NCBI GenBank assembly: GCA_026391775.1
Contig: JAPLDK010000011.1
Span: forward strand, 77,066-141,065
Source of the DNA: Bacteroidota bacterium
Lineage (GTDB): Bacteria; Bacteroidota; Bacteroidia; Bacteroidales; FEN-979
Direction of reading: 5' to 3'
DNA: 64,000 nucleotides
The first letter of the stretch is position 1, and each line of letters opens with the position of its first letter. The position numbers and the translations under genes are program-made. A model generated the notes under the pieces. That model ran no database searches. It was given only the letters and a program-made list of their open reading frames with translations, and was not told the origin of the DNA. Positions 43,925-52,056 of the stretch are shown here, piece after piece.

Positions 43925-45900
43925 GCCACGCCTATCACAGGCAACTCGTGTTTACGGTAAAGGATAAATGCCGTGTATGCTATACTTGTGTTCGCGAATG
44001 TCCTGTAAAGGCTATTAAAATCATAAGGACACAGGCAGAAGTGATCAATGAACGATGTATTGGCTGCGGGAACTGTGTTAAGGTTTGCAGCCAGGGAGCA
44101 AAGTATCCGCTGCGTTCAATTGATGAAGTGAATGAGCTTCTGAAATCCGAAAAGAAAATAGCTGCATGCATTGCCCCCAGTTTCCCTGCAGAATTCACCG
44201 AGGTCCCCGATCACCGTATGTTTGTAGGAATGATCCGGGCTTTGGGATTCGATTATGTAGCGGAGGTTGCTTTTGGGGCCGACATGGTGGCCAGGGAATA
44301 CGAAAACAGGATCAAGAGGTCGGAAGGCGATGGTCAGATAAGCTCAGACTGCCCGGCTATTGTCTATTTCATCAGGCATTACCATCCGGAACTTGTGGGC
44401 AACCTTGCCCCTGTCGCTTCACCGATGCTGGCCATGACCCGGATCATGAAAAAGAAATACGGGGAAGATCTGAAGGTGGTCTTTATCGGCCCCTGTTTTG
44501 CAAAGAAAGCCGAGACGGATGAAATTGATGAAGTACTCACTTTCAGAGAGCTAAGAGAGATGTTCCAGGAAAAAGGAATCATCTGGGAAAATTCCAGTCC
44601 GTCAGTTTTTGATCCCCCGGTAAGCGGGAAAGGCGCTATCTTCCCGATCAGCCGCGGCCTGTACTTCACTGCTAATTCCACTGAAACCATTCCGGAAGAA
44701 CAGGTGGTGGTCGCTGAGGGCAGGGTAAATTTCAAGGAAGCCGTCAGGGAATTTGAGGAAGGCCTTATCCGGAATAAACATCTGATGCTGCTCTGTTGCG
44801 AAGGATGCATTATGGGCCCCGGCACTTCTCCCGGGGGCAAACGATTTGCAAGGAGTGCCGCTGTAGGAGAATATGTAAGTAAAAAACTGGCCACTGTCGA
44901 TAAAGAGCAATGGGAAAATCAGGTTGAGGAATTCAGCGGCCTCGATTTTTCCCAGCAATTCAGTCCGGAAGACCGCCGCTTCGAGATCCCGGCCGAAGAT
45001 AAAATTCTTGAAGCACTGCATGCTATGGGTAAGTTCAAACCCGGGGATCACCTCAATTGCGGAACCTGCGGATATGATACTTGTGTGGAACACGCGATTG
45101 CGATCGTAAAAGATCTTGCGGAAACGGAAATGTGTCTGCCCTATACGATTGAGAAACTGCATGACTCGATCAACAACCTGAATGTTTCCAACGACAAGCT
45201 TGCAAAGGCCAAGCAGGCCCTGAAGCAGTCGGAGAAGCTAGCCCATATGGGGCAGCTTTCGGCAGGGATTGCACATGAGCTTAACAACCCCCTGGGGGTC
45301 ATCACGATGTATTCGAATATCCTTATCGATGAATCTCCTGAAAACGATCCCATGCGGGATGACCTGAAACTTATTGCCGAACAGGCCGACCGCTGTAAGA
45401 AGATCGTAAGCGGCCTGTTAAATTTTGCACGAAAGAACCAGGTCACTCTGAGCGAAACTGATATTGTTAAATTCATGAGGCATAGTATTGATTCCATAAT
45501 TAAACCTTCAAACATTGAGATTGCATTCGAACCAAAAATAGCCGATCCTCAAGCCCGGCTTGACATCGATCAGATGATGCAGGTGCTTACGAACCTGGAA
45601 AAAAATGCTGTTGAAGCGATGCCTGACGGCGGAACGCTTACAGTAGGTGTTGAAGGGGACCAGAAAGAGATACGGTTTATTATTGCCGATACCGGAACAG
45701 GGATATCCAAAGAATATATGGATAAAATTTTTACTCCGTTTTTTACAACCAAGGAAATGGGAAAGGGCACGGGACTTGGACTGGCTCTTATCTACGGGAT
45801 TGTCAAGATGCACAAAGGGAAAATACATGTTGAATCGAATGATGATGTTACAAAAGGGAACACAGGAACGACGTTTACGATAACCTTACCAAGAACATGA
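43921..45900 (+). CDS. HydS-like sensory [FeFe] hydrogenase domain fused to a histidine kinase
   Basis: CRVCYTCVRECP and CIGCGNCVKVCS. H-domain-like motifs are SSDCPAIV, IGPCFAKKAE and LLCCEGCIMGPG. Cys cluster CGTCGYDTC...MC. Then H-box SAGIAHELNNPLG, N-box LEKNAVEAM, DTGTGI and GKGTGLGLA. ATGA overlap with the upstream hydrogenase gene. Confidence 0.85.
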   Translation: MSHAYHRQLVFTVKDKCRVCYTCVRECPVKAIKIIRTQAEVINERCIGCGNCVKVCSQGAKYPLRSIDEVNELLKSEKKIAACIAPSFPAEFTEVPDHRMFVGMIRALGFDYVAEVAFGADMVAREYENRIKRSEGDGQISSDCPAIVYFIRHYHPELVGNLAPVASPMLAMTRIMKKKYGEDLKVVFIGPCFAKKAETDEIDEVLTFRELREMFQEKGIIWENSSPSVFDPPVSGKGAIFPISRGLYFTANSTETIPEEQVVVAEGRVNFKEAVREFEEGLIRNKHLMLLCCEGCIMGPGTSPGGKRFARSAAVGEYVSKKLATVDKEQWENQVEEFSGLDFSQQFSPEDRRFEIPAEDKILEALHAMGKFKPGDHLNCGTCGYDTCVEHAIAIVKDLAETEMCLPYTIEKLHDSINNLNVSNDKLAKAKQALKQSEKLAHMGQLSAGIAHELNNPLGVITMYSNILIDESPENDPMRDDLKLIAEQADRCKKIVSGLLNFARKNQVTLSETDIVKFMRHSIDSIIKPSNIEIAFEPKIADPQARLDIDQMMQVLTNLEKNAVEAMPDGGTLTVGVEGDQKEIRFIIADTGTGISKEYMDKIFTPFFTTKEMGKGTGLGLALIYGIVKMHKGKIHVESNDDVTKGNTGTTFTITLPRT

Positions 45901-46301
45901 GCACTAAAAACAAACTGATCCTGATCGTTGATGATGACCAGGATTACCTTTACCAGATGAAAACCAGGGTCGAATCCTTTGGATTTCAGACACTTCTTGC
46001 CGAGAGCCAGAAAGAGGCTGAAGAACTGATTGAAAAAACAAAACCGGATCTTGCCATTGTTGACCTGATGATGGAAAACGAGGATAGCGGCTTTATCCTG
46101 TGTTATAAAATGAAGAAAAAATACCCGGAAGTCCCTATCATTATTGCAACGGGTGTTGCAGCTGAGACCGGGATATCCTTTGACATTAACGATGAGAACA
46201 ACCGGAAATGGATCAAGGCAGATCGTTTCCTTGAGAAAGGAATCCGGAAAGAGAAACTTAAAGAGGAAATAGATAAACTATTGATCAAAATTAACAGCTG
46301 A
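45897..46301 (+). CDS. Single-domain response regulator (receiver only)
   Basis: LILIVDDDQD, AIVDLMM, IIIATG, LEKG. No output domain. ATGA overlap with the kinase gene. Confidence 0.88.
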   Translation: MSTKNKLILIVDDDQDYLYQMKTRVESFGFQTLLAESQKEAEELIEKTKPDLAIVDLMMENEDSGFILCYKMKKKYPEVPIIIATGVAAETGISFDINDENNRKWIKADRFLEKGIRKEKLKEEIDKLLIKINS

Positions 46302-46333
46302 TGTTGAAATACAGGTTTTTTCCCTTATTTTTG

Positions 46334-46351
46334 ATGTGATTATATTAACAT
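46334..46351. promoter_or_regulatory. Weak Rex-box-like inverted repeat overlapping the start of the receiver-kinase gene
   Basis: ATGTGATTATATTAACAT resembles the set-2 box (TTGTGAT-N4-TTAACAA), but both outermost positions are mismatched. Confidence 0.3.
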
Positions 46352-47483
46352 GTCTACTCTAAAGATTCTTGTAATAGATGATGAACCAGGCATCAGGAGC
46401 GGGATAAGCCGTATCCTGCGAAACTTCAGAGTGGACTACCCGTTCATGGAAGAAGCGTTCGATTTTGAGGTTCACGAAGCTTCAACCGGTGAAGCCGGGA
46501 TTGAACTTATCGAAAAAGACAAACCCGACATCCTGCTGCTTGACAATAAACTGCCTGGAATTCAGGGGATTGAGGTGCTGGAATACATCCGTAAAAAACA
46601 GATGAACATCATTGTGGTGATGATCACTTCCTATGCCTCGCTTGAACTTGCAGTGAAGGCCACGAGTGACGGAGCATACGACTTTATCCCCAAACCCTTC
46701 ACTCCTCAGGAACTTAAGTCTTCGATCGAAAATATCACTAAACGGGTATTCCTGAAGAAAATGACCAACAAACTTCAGGAGACTGGCAAACAGATCAGGT
46801 TTCAGTTTCTTTCTGTTCTTTCACATGAGCTCAAGGCGCCTCTTAACTCCATAGAAGGGTATTTGCAAATGATCAAGGAAAGACAGGCAGGTCCACAACT
46901 TGAGAGTTATGATTACATGGTCGACCGCATGCTGGAAAGAATTAAAGGGATGAGGACGCTGATTCTTGATTTACTGGATCTGACAAAAGCTGCCTCAGGA
47001 AAGGGGAAACGGGATATCAGGGAACTTAATCTAGTGGACATTGCTAACACTGCAATCGATACAATGAGGCCGTATTCAATTCAGAAAGATGTAAAGCTGA
47101 ACCTTCACGGGAATGATACGGTCAAAATCATGGCAGATAGCGAGGAGATGGAAATCATCTTTAACAACCTGATCAGCAATGCCATTAAATACAATAAGGA
47201 AGGCGGCACTGTAGATTGTACCATAAGTGAAAACGGAAATTGTGTTGAAATACTTGTGGAAGATTCAGGTATTGGTATGAACCCTGAGGATATTACCAGG
47301 ATTTTCGACGATTTTGTAAGGATTAAAACCGAAAAAACCAGAAATATAACCGGCAGCGGGCTCGGGCTCGCCATTGTAAAAAAGCTAATCGACACTTATA
47401 TGGGGAAAATTGAGGTTACCAGCCAGCCGGATAAGGGCAGTAAATTTAAAGTCAAACTTCCAATTGATAAACCATGTTCATAA
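46350..47483 (+). CDS. Receiver-histidine kinase hybrid (REC-HisKA-HATPase)
   Basis: ILVIDDEPGI, ILLLDNKLPG, MITSY, PKPF, then H-box LSVLSHELKAPLN, N-box LISNAIKYN, DSGIGM and GSGLGLA. Confidence 0.9.
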   Translation: MSTLKILVIDDEPGIRSGISRILRNFRVDYPFMEEAFDFEVHEASTGEAGIELIEKDKPDILLLDNKLPGIQGIEVLEYIRKKQMNIIVVMITSYASLELAVKATSDGAYDFIPKPFTPQELKSSIENITKRVFLKKMTNKLQETGKQIRFQFLSVLSHELKAPLNSIEGYLQMIKERQAGPQLESYDYMVDRMLERIKGMRTLILDLLDLTKAASGKGKRDIRELNLVDIANTAIDTMRPYSIQKDVKLNLHGNDTVKIMADSEEMEIIFNNLISNAIKYNKEGGTVDCTISENGNCVEILVEDSGIGMNPEDITRIFDDFVRIKTEKTRNITGSGLGLAIVKKLIDTYMGKIEVTSQPDKGSKFKVKLPIDKPCS

Positions 47484-48115
47484 AAAACCTACCTCACAAG
47501 ACGGTCGAACGTCTCAGCCAGTATCGTCGTGCTCTTCTGATGATATTATCAAAAGAGAAGACCCATGTATTTTCTCATGAGATTGCCCAGATGCTGCATA
47601 TCACACCCGTTCAGGTCAGACGTGACCTGATGCTTATTGGCTATTCAGGGAACCTGAGAAAAGGCTATGACATCAAGGAGCTGATCGAACTTATCGGAAA
47701 AATTATAGATTCAGAGCGTGGTCAACGGGTTGCCGTAGTCGGATTGGGCAATCTGGGGAAAGCGTTCATCAGCTATTTTAAAGGGAAGCGTTCCAAGCTT
47801 AGTATGATCGCTGCTTTTGACATCAATCCTGAAAAAATCAACAGGGTTTTTGACGGTGTTCCCTGTTACCATATCAACCAACTAACCGATATCATAAAAC
47901 AAAATAATATCTCCATCGGCATCATTACTGTACCCTCGGAACAGGCCCCTGAGATCGCCGAATCTCTTGTTTTATCGGGGATCAAAGGAATACTAAATTA
48001 CACTCCCAAGCCTCTCAATGTCCCGGCTTATGTATACCTCGAAGAATATGACATGATAACATCCCTGGAAAAAGTCGCATTCTTCGCCAAGAAAAACGAC
48101 GAACGATTTAAGTAA
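47474..48115 (+). CDS. rex: Redox-sensing transcriptional repressor Rex
   Basis: RLSQYRRAL, S.E.A......PVQVRRDL...G..GKGY-type winged helix, Rossmann VVGLGNLGKA, and GIKGILNYTPKPLNVP. Collinear with B. subtilis Rex by eye. It overlaps the upstream gene by 10 nt. Confidence 0.9.
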   Translation: MFIKNLPHKTVERLSQYRRALLMILSKEKTHVFSHEIAQMLHITPVQVRRDLMLIGYSGNLRKGYDIKELIELIGKIIDSERGQRVAVVGLGNLGKAFISYFKGKRSKLSMIAAFDINPEKINRVFDGVPCYHINQLTDIIKQNNISIGIITVPSEQAPEIAESLVLSGIKGILNYTPKPLNVPAYVYLEEYDMITSLEKVAFFAKKNDERFK

Positions 48116-48123
48116 AATTTAAA

Positions 48124-49053
48124 GTGAGGATTTTTAGGAATTTTAATGAAGTCGGGGAAATCCGGAATGCTGTTGTAACTACCGGTTCCTTCGACGGAGT
48201 GCATATTGGACACAAAGTAATTTTGCAGCATTTAAGGAATCATGCTGACGAAATAGGCGGTGAGACCGTTCTGATCACTTTTCACCCCCATCCCAGAAAG
48301 GTCCTTTACCCGGAAACTGCAGGGAAAGACCTGTATCTCATCAATTCACAGCGCGAAAAGATATATCTCCTGGAAAAAGCCGGGCTTGACAGCCTGATCA
48401 TTGTTGACTTTACTGTTGAATTCTCAAAGATCACTTCGGTGGAGTTTGTCAGAAACATTCTTTTGAACAAGCTGCATGCCAGGAAGATCATTATCGGTTT
48501 TAACCATCATTTCGGGCATAACCGTGAAGGGGATTACGAAGCCCTGCGCAAACTCGGATATGAAAACGGATTTGAGGTAGAGGAAATCCCTGAGCAGGAC
48601 ATCCAAAACGAATCTGTTAGTTCGACCAAGATCAGGAAGTCGCTTCTCGAAGGGAATATTCAGAAAGCCAACGCCTATCTTGACCATTTTTATATTGTTA
48701 TGGGGCCGGCAAAACCAAGTAACATCATGCTGGCCGAAATAGGATTCCCCAGTTACACGATACAGGTGGAAGAAGACTGCAAGCTTGTACCACCTAACGG
48801 GGTATATGCAGTTACTGTCAACGGTGGTGTAAAGCCGCAGAAAGGCATGTGTTTCATCAGGAAAAACCAGGAATCACCAATAGACACATTGGTTGAGGTA
48901 CATCTTACCGACAGTAATGAGCAGCTGGCCAACAAAGTTCTGTCCCTGTATTTTCACAAACGTCTGAGAGAGGAGAAAACAATGATCTCTATTGAAGATC
49001 TTAGGAAACAACTAATGATCGACAAATCACAGATCGACGAACTGATATTCTGA
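48124..49053 (+). CDS. ribF: Bifunctional riboflavin kinase / FAD synthetase
   Basis: VVTTGSFDGVHIGH, ITFHPHPR, and a C-terminal riboflavin kinase region (SSTKIR). GTG start. Confidence 0.9.
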   Translation: MRIFRNFNEVGEIRNAVVTTGSFDGVHIGHKVILQHLRNHADEIGGETVLITFHPHPRKVLYPETAGKDLYLINSQREKIYLLEKAGLDSLIIVDFTVEFSKITSVEFVRNILLNKLHARKIIIGFNHHFGHNREGDYEALRKLGYENGFEVEEIPEQDIQNESVSSTKIRKSLLEGNIQKANAYLDHFYIVMGPAKPSNIMLAEIGFPSYTIQVEEDCKLVPPNGVYAVTVNGGVKPQKGMCFIRKNQESPIDTLVEVHLTDSNEQLANKVLSLYFHKRLREEKTMISIEDLRKQLMIDKSQIDELIF

Positions 49054-49838
49054 TGAAAACCTCCAGTGACAAACAGATCAAAGTAACCTTTTTAGGCACC
49101 GGCACTTCCATAGGAGTACCTGTAATCACCTGTGATTGCCCGGTATGCCAGTCGGGAGATCCTCATGATAAAAGACTGAGGACATCAGCTATGATAGAGG
49201 TGAACGGCTGCACCTTTGTGATTGACTGCGGACCAGACTTCAGGATTCAGATGCTTAGGGAAAATGTGAACAATCTTGATGCGGTTATTTTTACTCATGA
49301 GCACCGTGATCATATAGCAGGCCTGGATGATATCAGGGCCTTTAATTATGTTTTGAATAAAAAGATCGACATCTACGGCACACGCCAGGTAATGGGAGCT
49401 ATCCAAACTGAATTCCCCTATATTTTTTCGGAAGCGAGGTATTTTGGAGCTCCCCAACTCACCATGCACCACATTGATGAGGCACCGTTTAAAATCCGGG
49501 AAGTGGTTTTCATGCCTGTAAAAGTGCTCCATGAAAAGCTTCCCGTGACAGGTTACCGTATAGGTGATTTTACTTATATCACAGATGCATCCTATATTTC
49601 GGAGAAAGAGCTTGAAAAAATAAAGGGCTCAAAAGTAATCGTTTTAAATGCCCTTCGCAATTCCAAACATGTTTCCCATTTTTCGATAAGAGAAGCAGTG
49701 GATATTCTGACTAAACTCCAGCCCGAGGCTGCATATCTCACACACCTCAGTCATTTTGTTGGCCTCCATGATGAGGTCAACAGCAAACTTCCTGATTTTA
49801 TCAGGCTTGCATATGACGGTTTAATCCTGACTATCTGA
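49053..49838 (+). CDS. MBL-fold metallo-hydrolase (PhnP-like)
   Basis: FLGTGTS.GVP, a CxC..C zinc-ribbon-like insert, and the [13 protein letters not shown] (HxHxDH) motif. Confidence 0.85.
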   Translation: MKTSSDKQIKVTFLGTGTSIGVPVITCDCPVCQSGDPHDKRLRTSAMIEVNGCTFVIDCGPDFRIQMLRENVNNLDAVIFTHEHRDHIAGLDDIRAFNYVLNKKIDIYGTRQVMGAIQTEFPYIFSEARYFGAPQLTMHHIDEAPFKIREVVFMPVKVLHEKLPVTGYRIGDFTYITDASYISEKELEKIKGSKVIVLNALRNSKHVSHFSIREAVDILTKLQPEAAYLTHLSHFVGLHDEVNSKLPDFIRLAYDGLILTI

Positions 49839-49840
49839 GT

Positions 49841-50518
49841 ATGAAAATCGATATCCTGACTTTGTTTCCCGAAATGTTTGATGGACCTTTTTCGCATTCC
49901 ATCATTAAAAGGGCCATGGACAAAGGCTTGGCCGAGATAGGCCTGTACAATATCAGGGACTGGTCGGCAGGCAAGCATAAAACGGTCGACGATTCCCCGT
50001 TTGGCGGGGGTGCCGGCATGGTAATGATGATAGAACCTATCGCACGCTGCATAGAAGAACTGCGCGAAAAGACAGCATATGACGAAGTGATATACCTAAG
50101 CCCCGATGGGGAAATGCTGGACCAGAAAATGGCGAACCGGCTTTCAATGAGTAAGAACCTCCTTTTGCTCTGCGGCCATTATAAGGGTATTGATGAAAGG
50201 ATACGTGAACATTTTATTACACTTGAAGTATCGGTTGGTGATTATGTATTGTCGGGAGGCGAACTTGCCGCGGCAGTCCTTGCCGACGCAGTAATAAGGC
50301 TGCTGCCGGGTGTCCTCAACGACGAAACCTCCGCTCTTTCCGATTCTTTCCAGGATAACATTCTTTCTCCTCCTGTATACACCCGCCCTTCGGATTTCAG
50401 GGGCTGGAAAGTCCCCGACGTACTGTTATCCGGCAACGATAAAGAAATCACAAAATGGCGCTATGAACAGAGCCTTGAAAGGACACTCAAACGCCGACCG
50501 GGATTATTGGAGAAATGA
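49841..50518 (+). CDS. trmD: tRNA (guanine37-N1)-methyltransferase
   Basis: [49 protein letters not shown]. Confidence 0.95.
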   Translation: MKIDILTLFPEMFDGPFSHSIIKRAMDKGLAEIGLYNIRDWSAGKHKTVDDSPFGGGAGMVMMIEPIARCIEELREKTAYDEVIYLSPDGEMLDQKMANRLSMSKNLLLLCGHYKGIDERIREHFITLEVSVGDYVLSGGELAAAVLADAVIRLLPGVLNDETSALSDSFQDNILSPPVYTRPSDFRGWKVPDVLLSGNDKEITKWRYEQSLERTLKRRPGLLEK

Positions 50519-50531
50519 TTCCGTGATTTGA

Positions 50532-50561
50532 TTTGTAATTCAGAAAAAAATCCTATATTTG
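50532..50561 (+). promoter_or_regulatory. Bacteroidota-type promoter for rplS
   Basis: TTTG (50532-50535), an 18-nt spacer, then TATATTTG (50554-50561). This matches the -33 TTTG / -7 TAnnTTTG consensus. Confidence 0.6.
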
Positions 50562-50601
50562 CAAACTTTTTGTACAGAACCCCATTAATTATTTTGACGT
50601 C

Positions 50602-50958
50602 ATGAATAAAGCTGAGATCATTAAGTTTGTAGAGGACACAGTAATCGAAAAGAAGGAATATCCCAGGTTTAAAGCTGGTGATACCATTACAGTTCACTAT
50701 AAAATCAAGGAAGGTAATAAAGAACGTATACAGAATTTCCAGGGTGTCGTATTGCAGCGTGCCGGCAAAGGCATTAACGCCACTTTCACTGTGCGCAAGA
50801 TCTCTGGCAATATTGGTGTTGAAAGAATTTTTCCTCTTTCCTCCCCTTTCATCGATAAGATCGATGTAAACAAGCGAGGTGTAGTACGCAGGGCAAGGAT
50901 CTTCTACATGAGGGAACTCAGGGGCAAGAAAGCCCGTATCAAGGAAGAAAGGATTTAA
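50602..50958 (+). CDS. rplS: 50S ribosomal protein L19
   Basis: [28 protein letters not shown]...[17 protein letters not shown]. Confidence 0.96.
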   Translation: MNKAEIIKFVEDTVIEKKEYPRFKAGDTITVHYKIKEGNKERIQNFQGVVLQRAGKGINATFTVRKISGNIGVERIFPLSSPFIDKIDVNKRGVVRRARIFYMRELRGKKARIKEERI

Positions 50959-50982
50959 TCCTGAAAGTATTAATTAAAAAAA

Positions 50983-51013
50983 AGGCCGTCTCTTTGAGCG
51001 GCCTCTTTTTTTT
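50983..51013 (+). terminator. Rho-independent terminator after rplS
   Basis: AGGCCG ... CGGCCT stem followed by a T-run (CTTTTTTTT). Confidence 0.75.
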
Positions 51014-51289
51014 AGTTCATCACCAGTCTGATGATCCCTGTTTCTTGTGTTTTCAGTATTGCAAGTGCTTGAGAGTAGTTCAGTATATTTCGGATCACCG
51101 AATCGCTGGGAGAAACTTTCTTGCAGGTTTTCCTACATTCAGTGGAAAAACCGTTCTCCTTTGGATTTCTGGAATTCAAAGAATAAATCGTAGCGTGTCT
51201 CTTCATAGGCATTCCGTTGATTTTTAATGACGTTCATAATAAATAAACGGAGATGCCTATGGGGTTATTTTACGCGATGAAAAATAATT

Positions 51290-51871
51290 TTATACAGTAA
51301 GTATGACTTCATTCTCCTTCACCAGCTTGCGAAGGTTGATAAGTGCGTAACGCATACGGCCAAGGGCTGTATTGATGCTGACATTAGTAAGCTCGGCAAT
51401 ATCCTTAAAACTCATATCGGAATAATGCCTTAGTACCAGCACTTCCTTTTGCTCCTTGGGCAGATATTCGATCAGCTTTTTCACATCCTTATGGATCTGT
51501 TCTGTGATAATCATCTCCTCAACCGATTCAACAGGAATGCGCACCTTTTCAAAGATATCGTAATCATTGCTGTTTTCAATGAGAGGGAGGCGGTTTGATT
51601 TCCTGAAATGGTCGATTATCAGATTATGGGCAATCCTCATGACCCATTGAATAAATTTGCCTTCTTCCTTATACTGCCCCGAACGGATAGTATTTATAAC
51701 CTTAATAAAGGTATCCTGGAACAGATCCTCAGCAAGTTCCTTATCCTTGACTACCATAAGGATATAAGCAAATATTCTGCTTTTATGACGGTGGATTAGC
51801 TTTTCGAGGGAAGATTGTTGACCTGCTATATAAGCATTAATCAACTCATGGTCACTGACTTGGGAAATCAT
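51290..51871 (-). CDS. RNA polymerase sigma-70 family factor (ECF-like)
   Basis: Region 2 (DLFQDTFIKV, W...IAHNLIIDHFR) and region 4 (LVLRHYSDMSFKDIAELTNVSINTALGRMRYAL). Confidence 0.88.
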   Translation of the reverse strand: MISQVSDHELINAYIAGQQSSLEKLIHRHKSRIFAYILMVVKDKELAEDLFQDTFIKVINTIRSGQYKEEGKFIQWVMRIAHNLIIDHFRKSNRLPLIENSNDYDIFEKVRIPVESVEEMIITEQIHKDVKKLIEYLPKEQKEVLVLRHYSDMSFKDIAELTNVSINTALGRMRYALINLRKLVKENEVILTV

Positions 51872-52056
51872 GTCACTACGTTTTAAGGTTCAAAGCGTAG
51901 ACTTGTGGCCGATAGAGTCCCTCCTATATTTATGCACTTTTTGTCAGTGCTGGTTATTAATCAGATACGTTTTTTACCTCGAAAGGTTTCGCAAATATAA
52001 GCAAAAAATTAAAAAAGCAAGTTTTATTCATAATTTTGCAGCCGTTTAATCATAAT

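Noticed and set aside
51012-51212. 66-aa ORF downstream of the sigma-factor gene, considered as a candidate anti-sigma factor
   Set aside because: It has no transmembrane segment and no HxxxCxxC zinc-binding anti-sigma motif. It lies 77 nt from the sigma gene and overlaps the rplS terminator region. Coding status is unsupported.
51872-51991. About 120-nt putative 5' leader of the sigma-factor gene (from the minus-strand -7 motif at 51992-51999), examined for riboswitch-like structure
   Set aside because: Only two 5-bp hairpins could be found by eye. No conserved riboswitch motif was recognised, and the promoter assignment itself is tentative.
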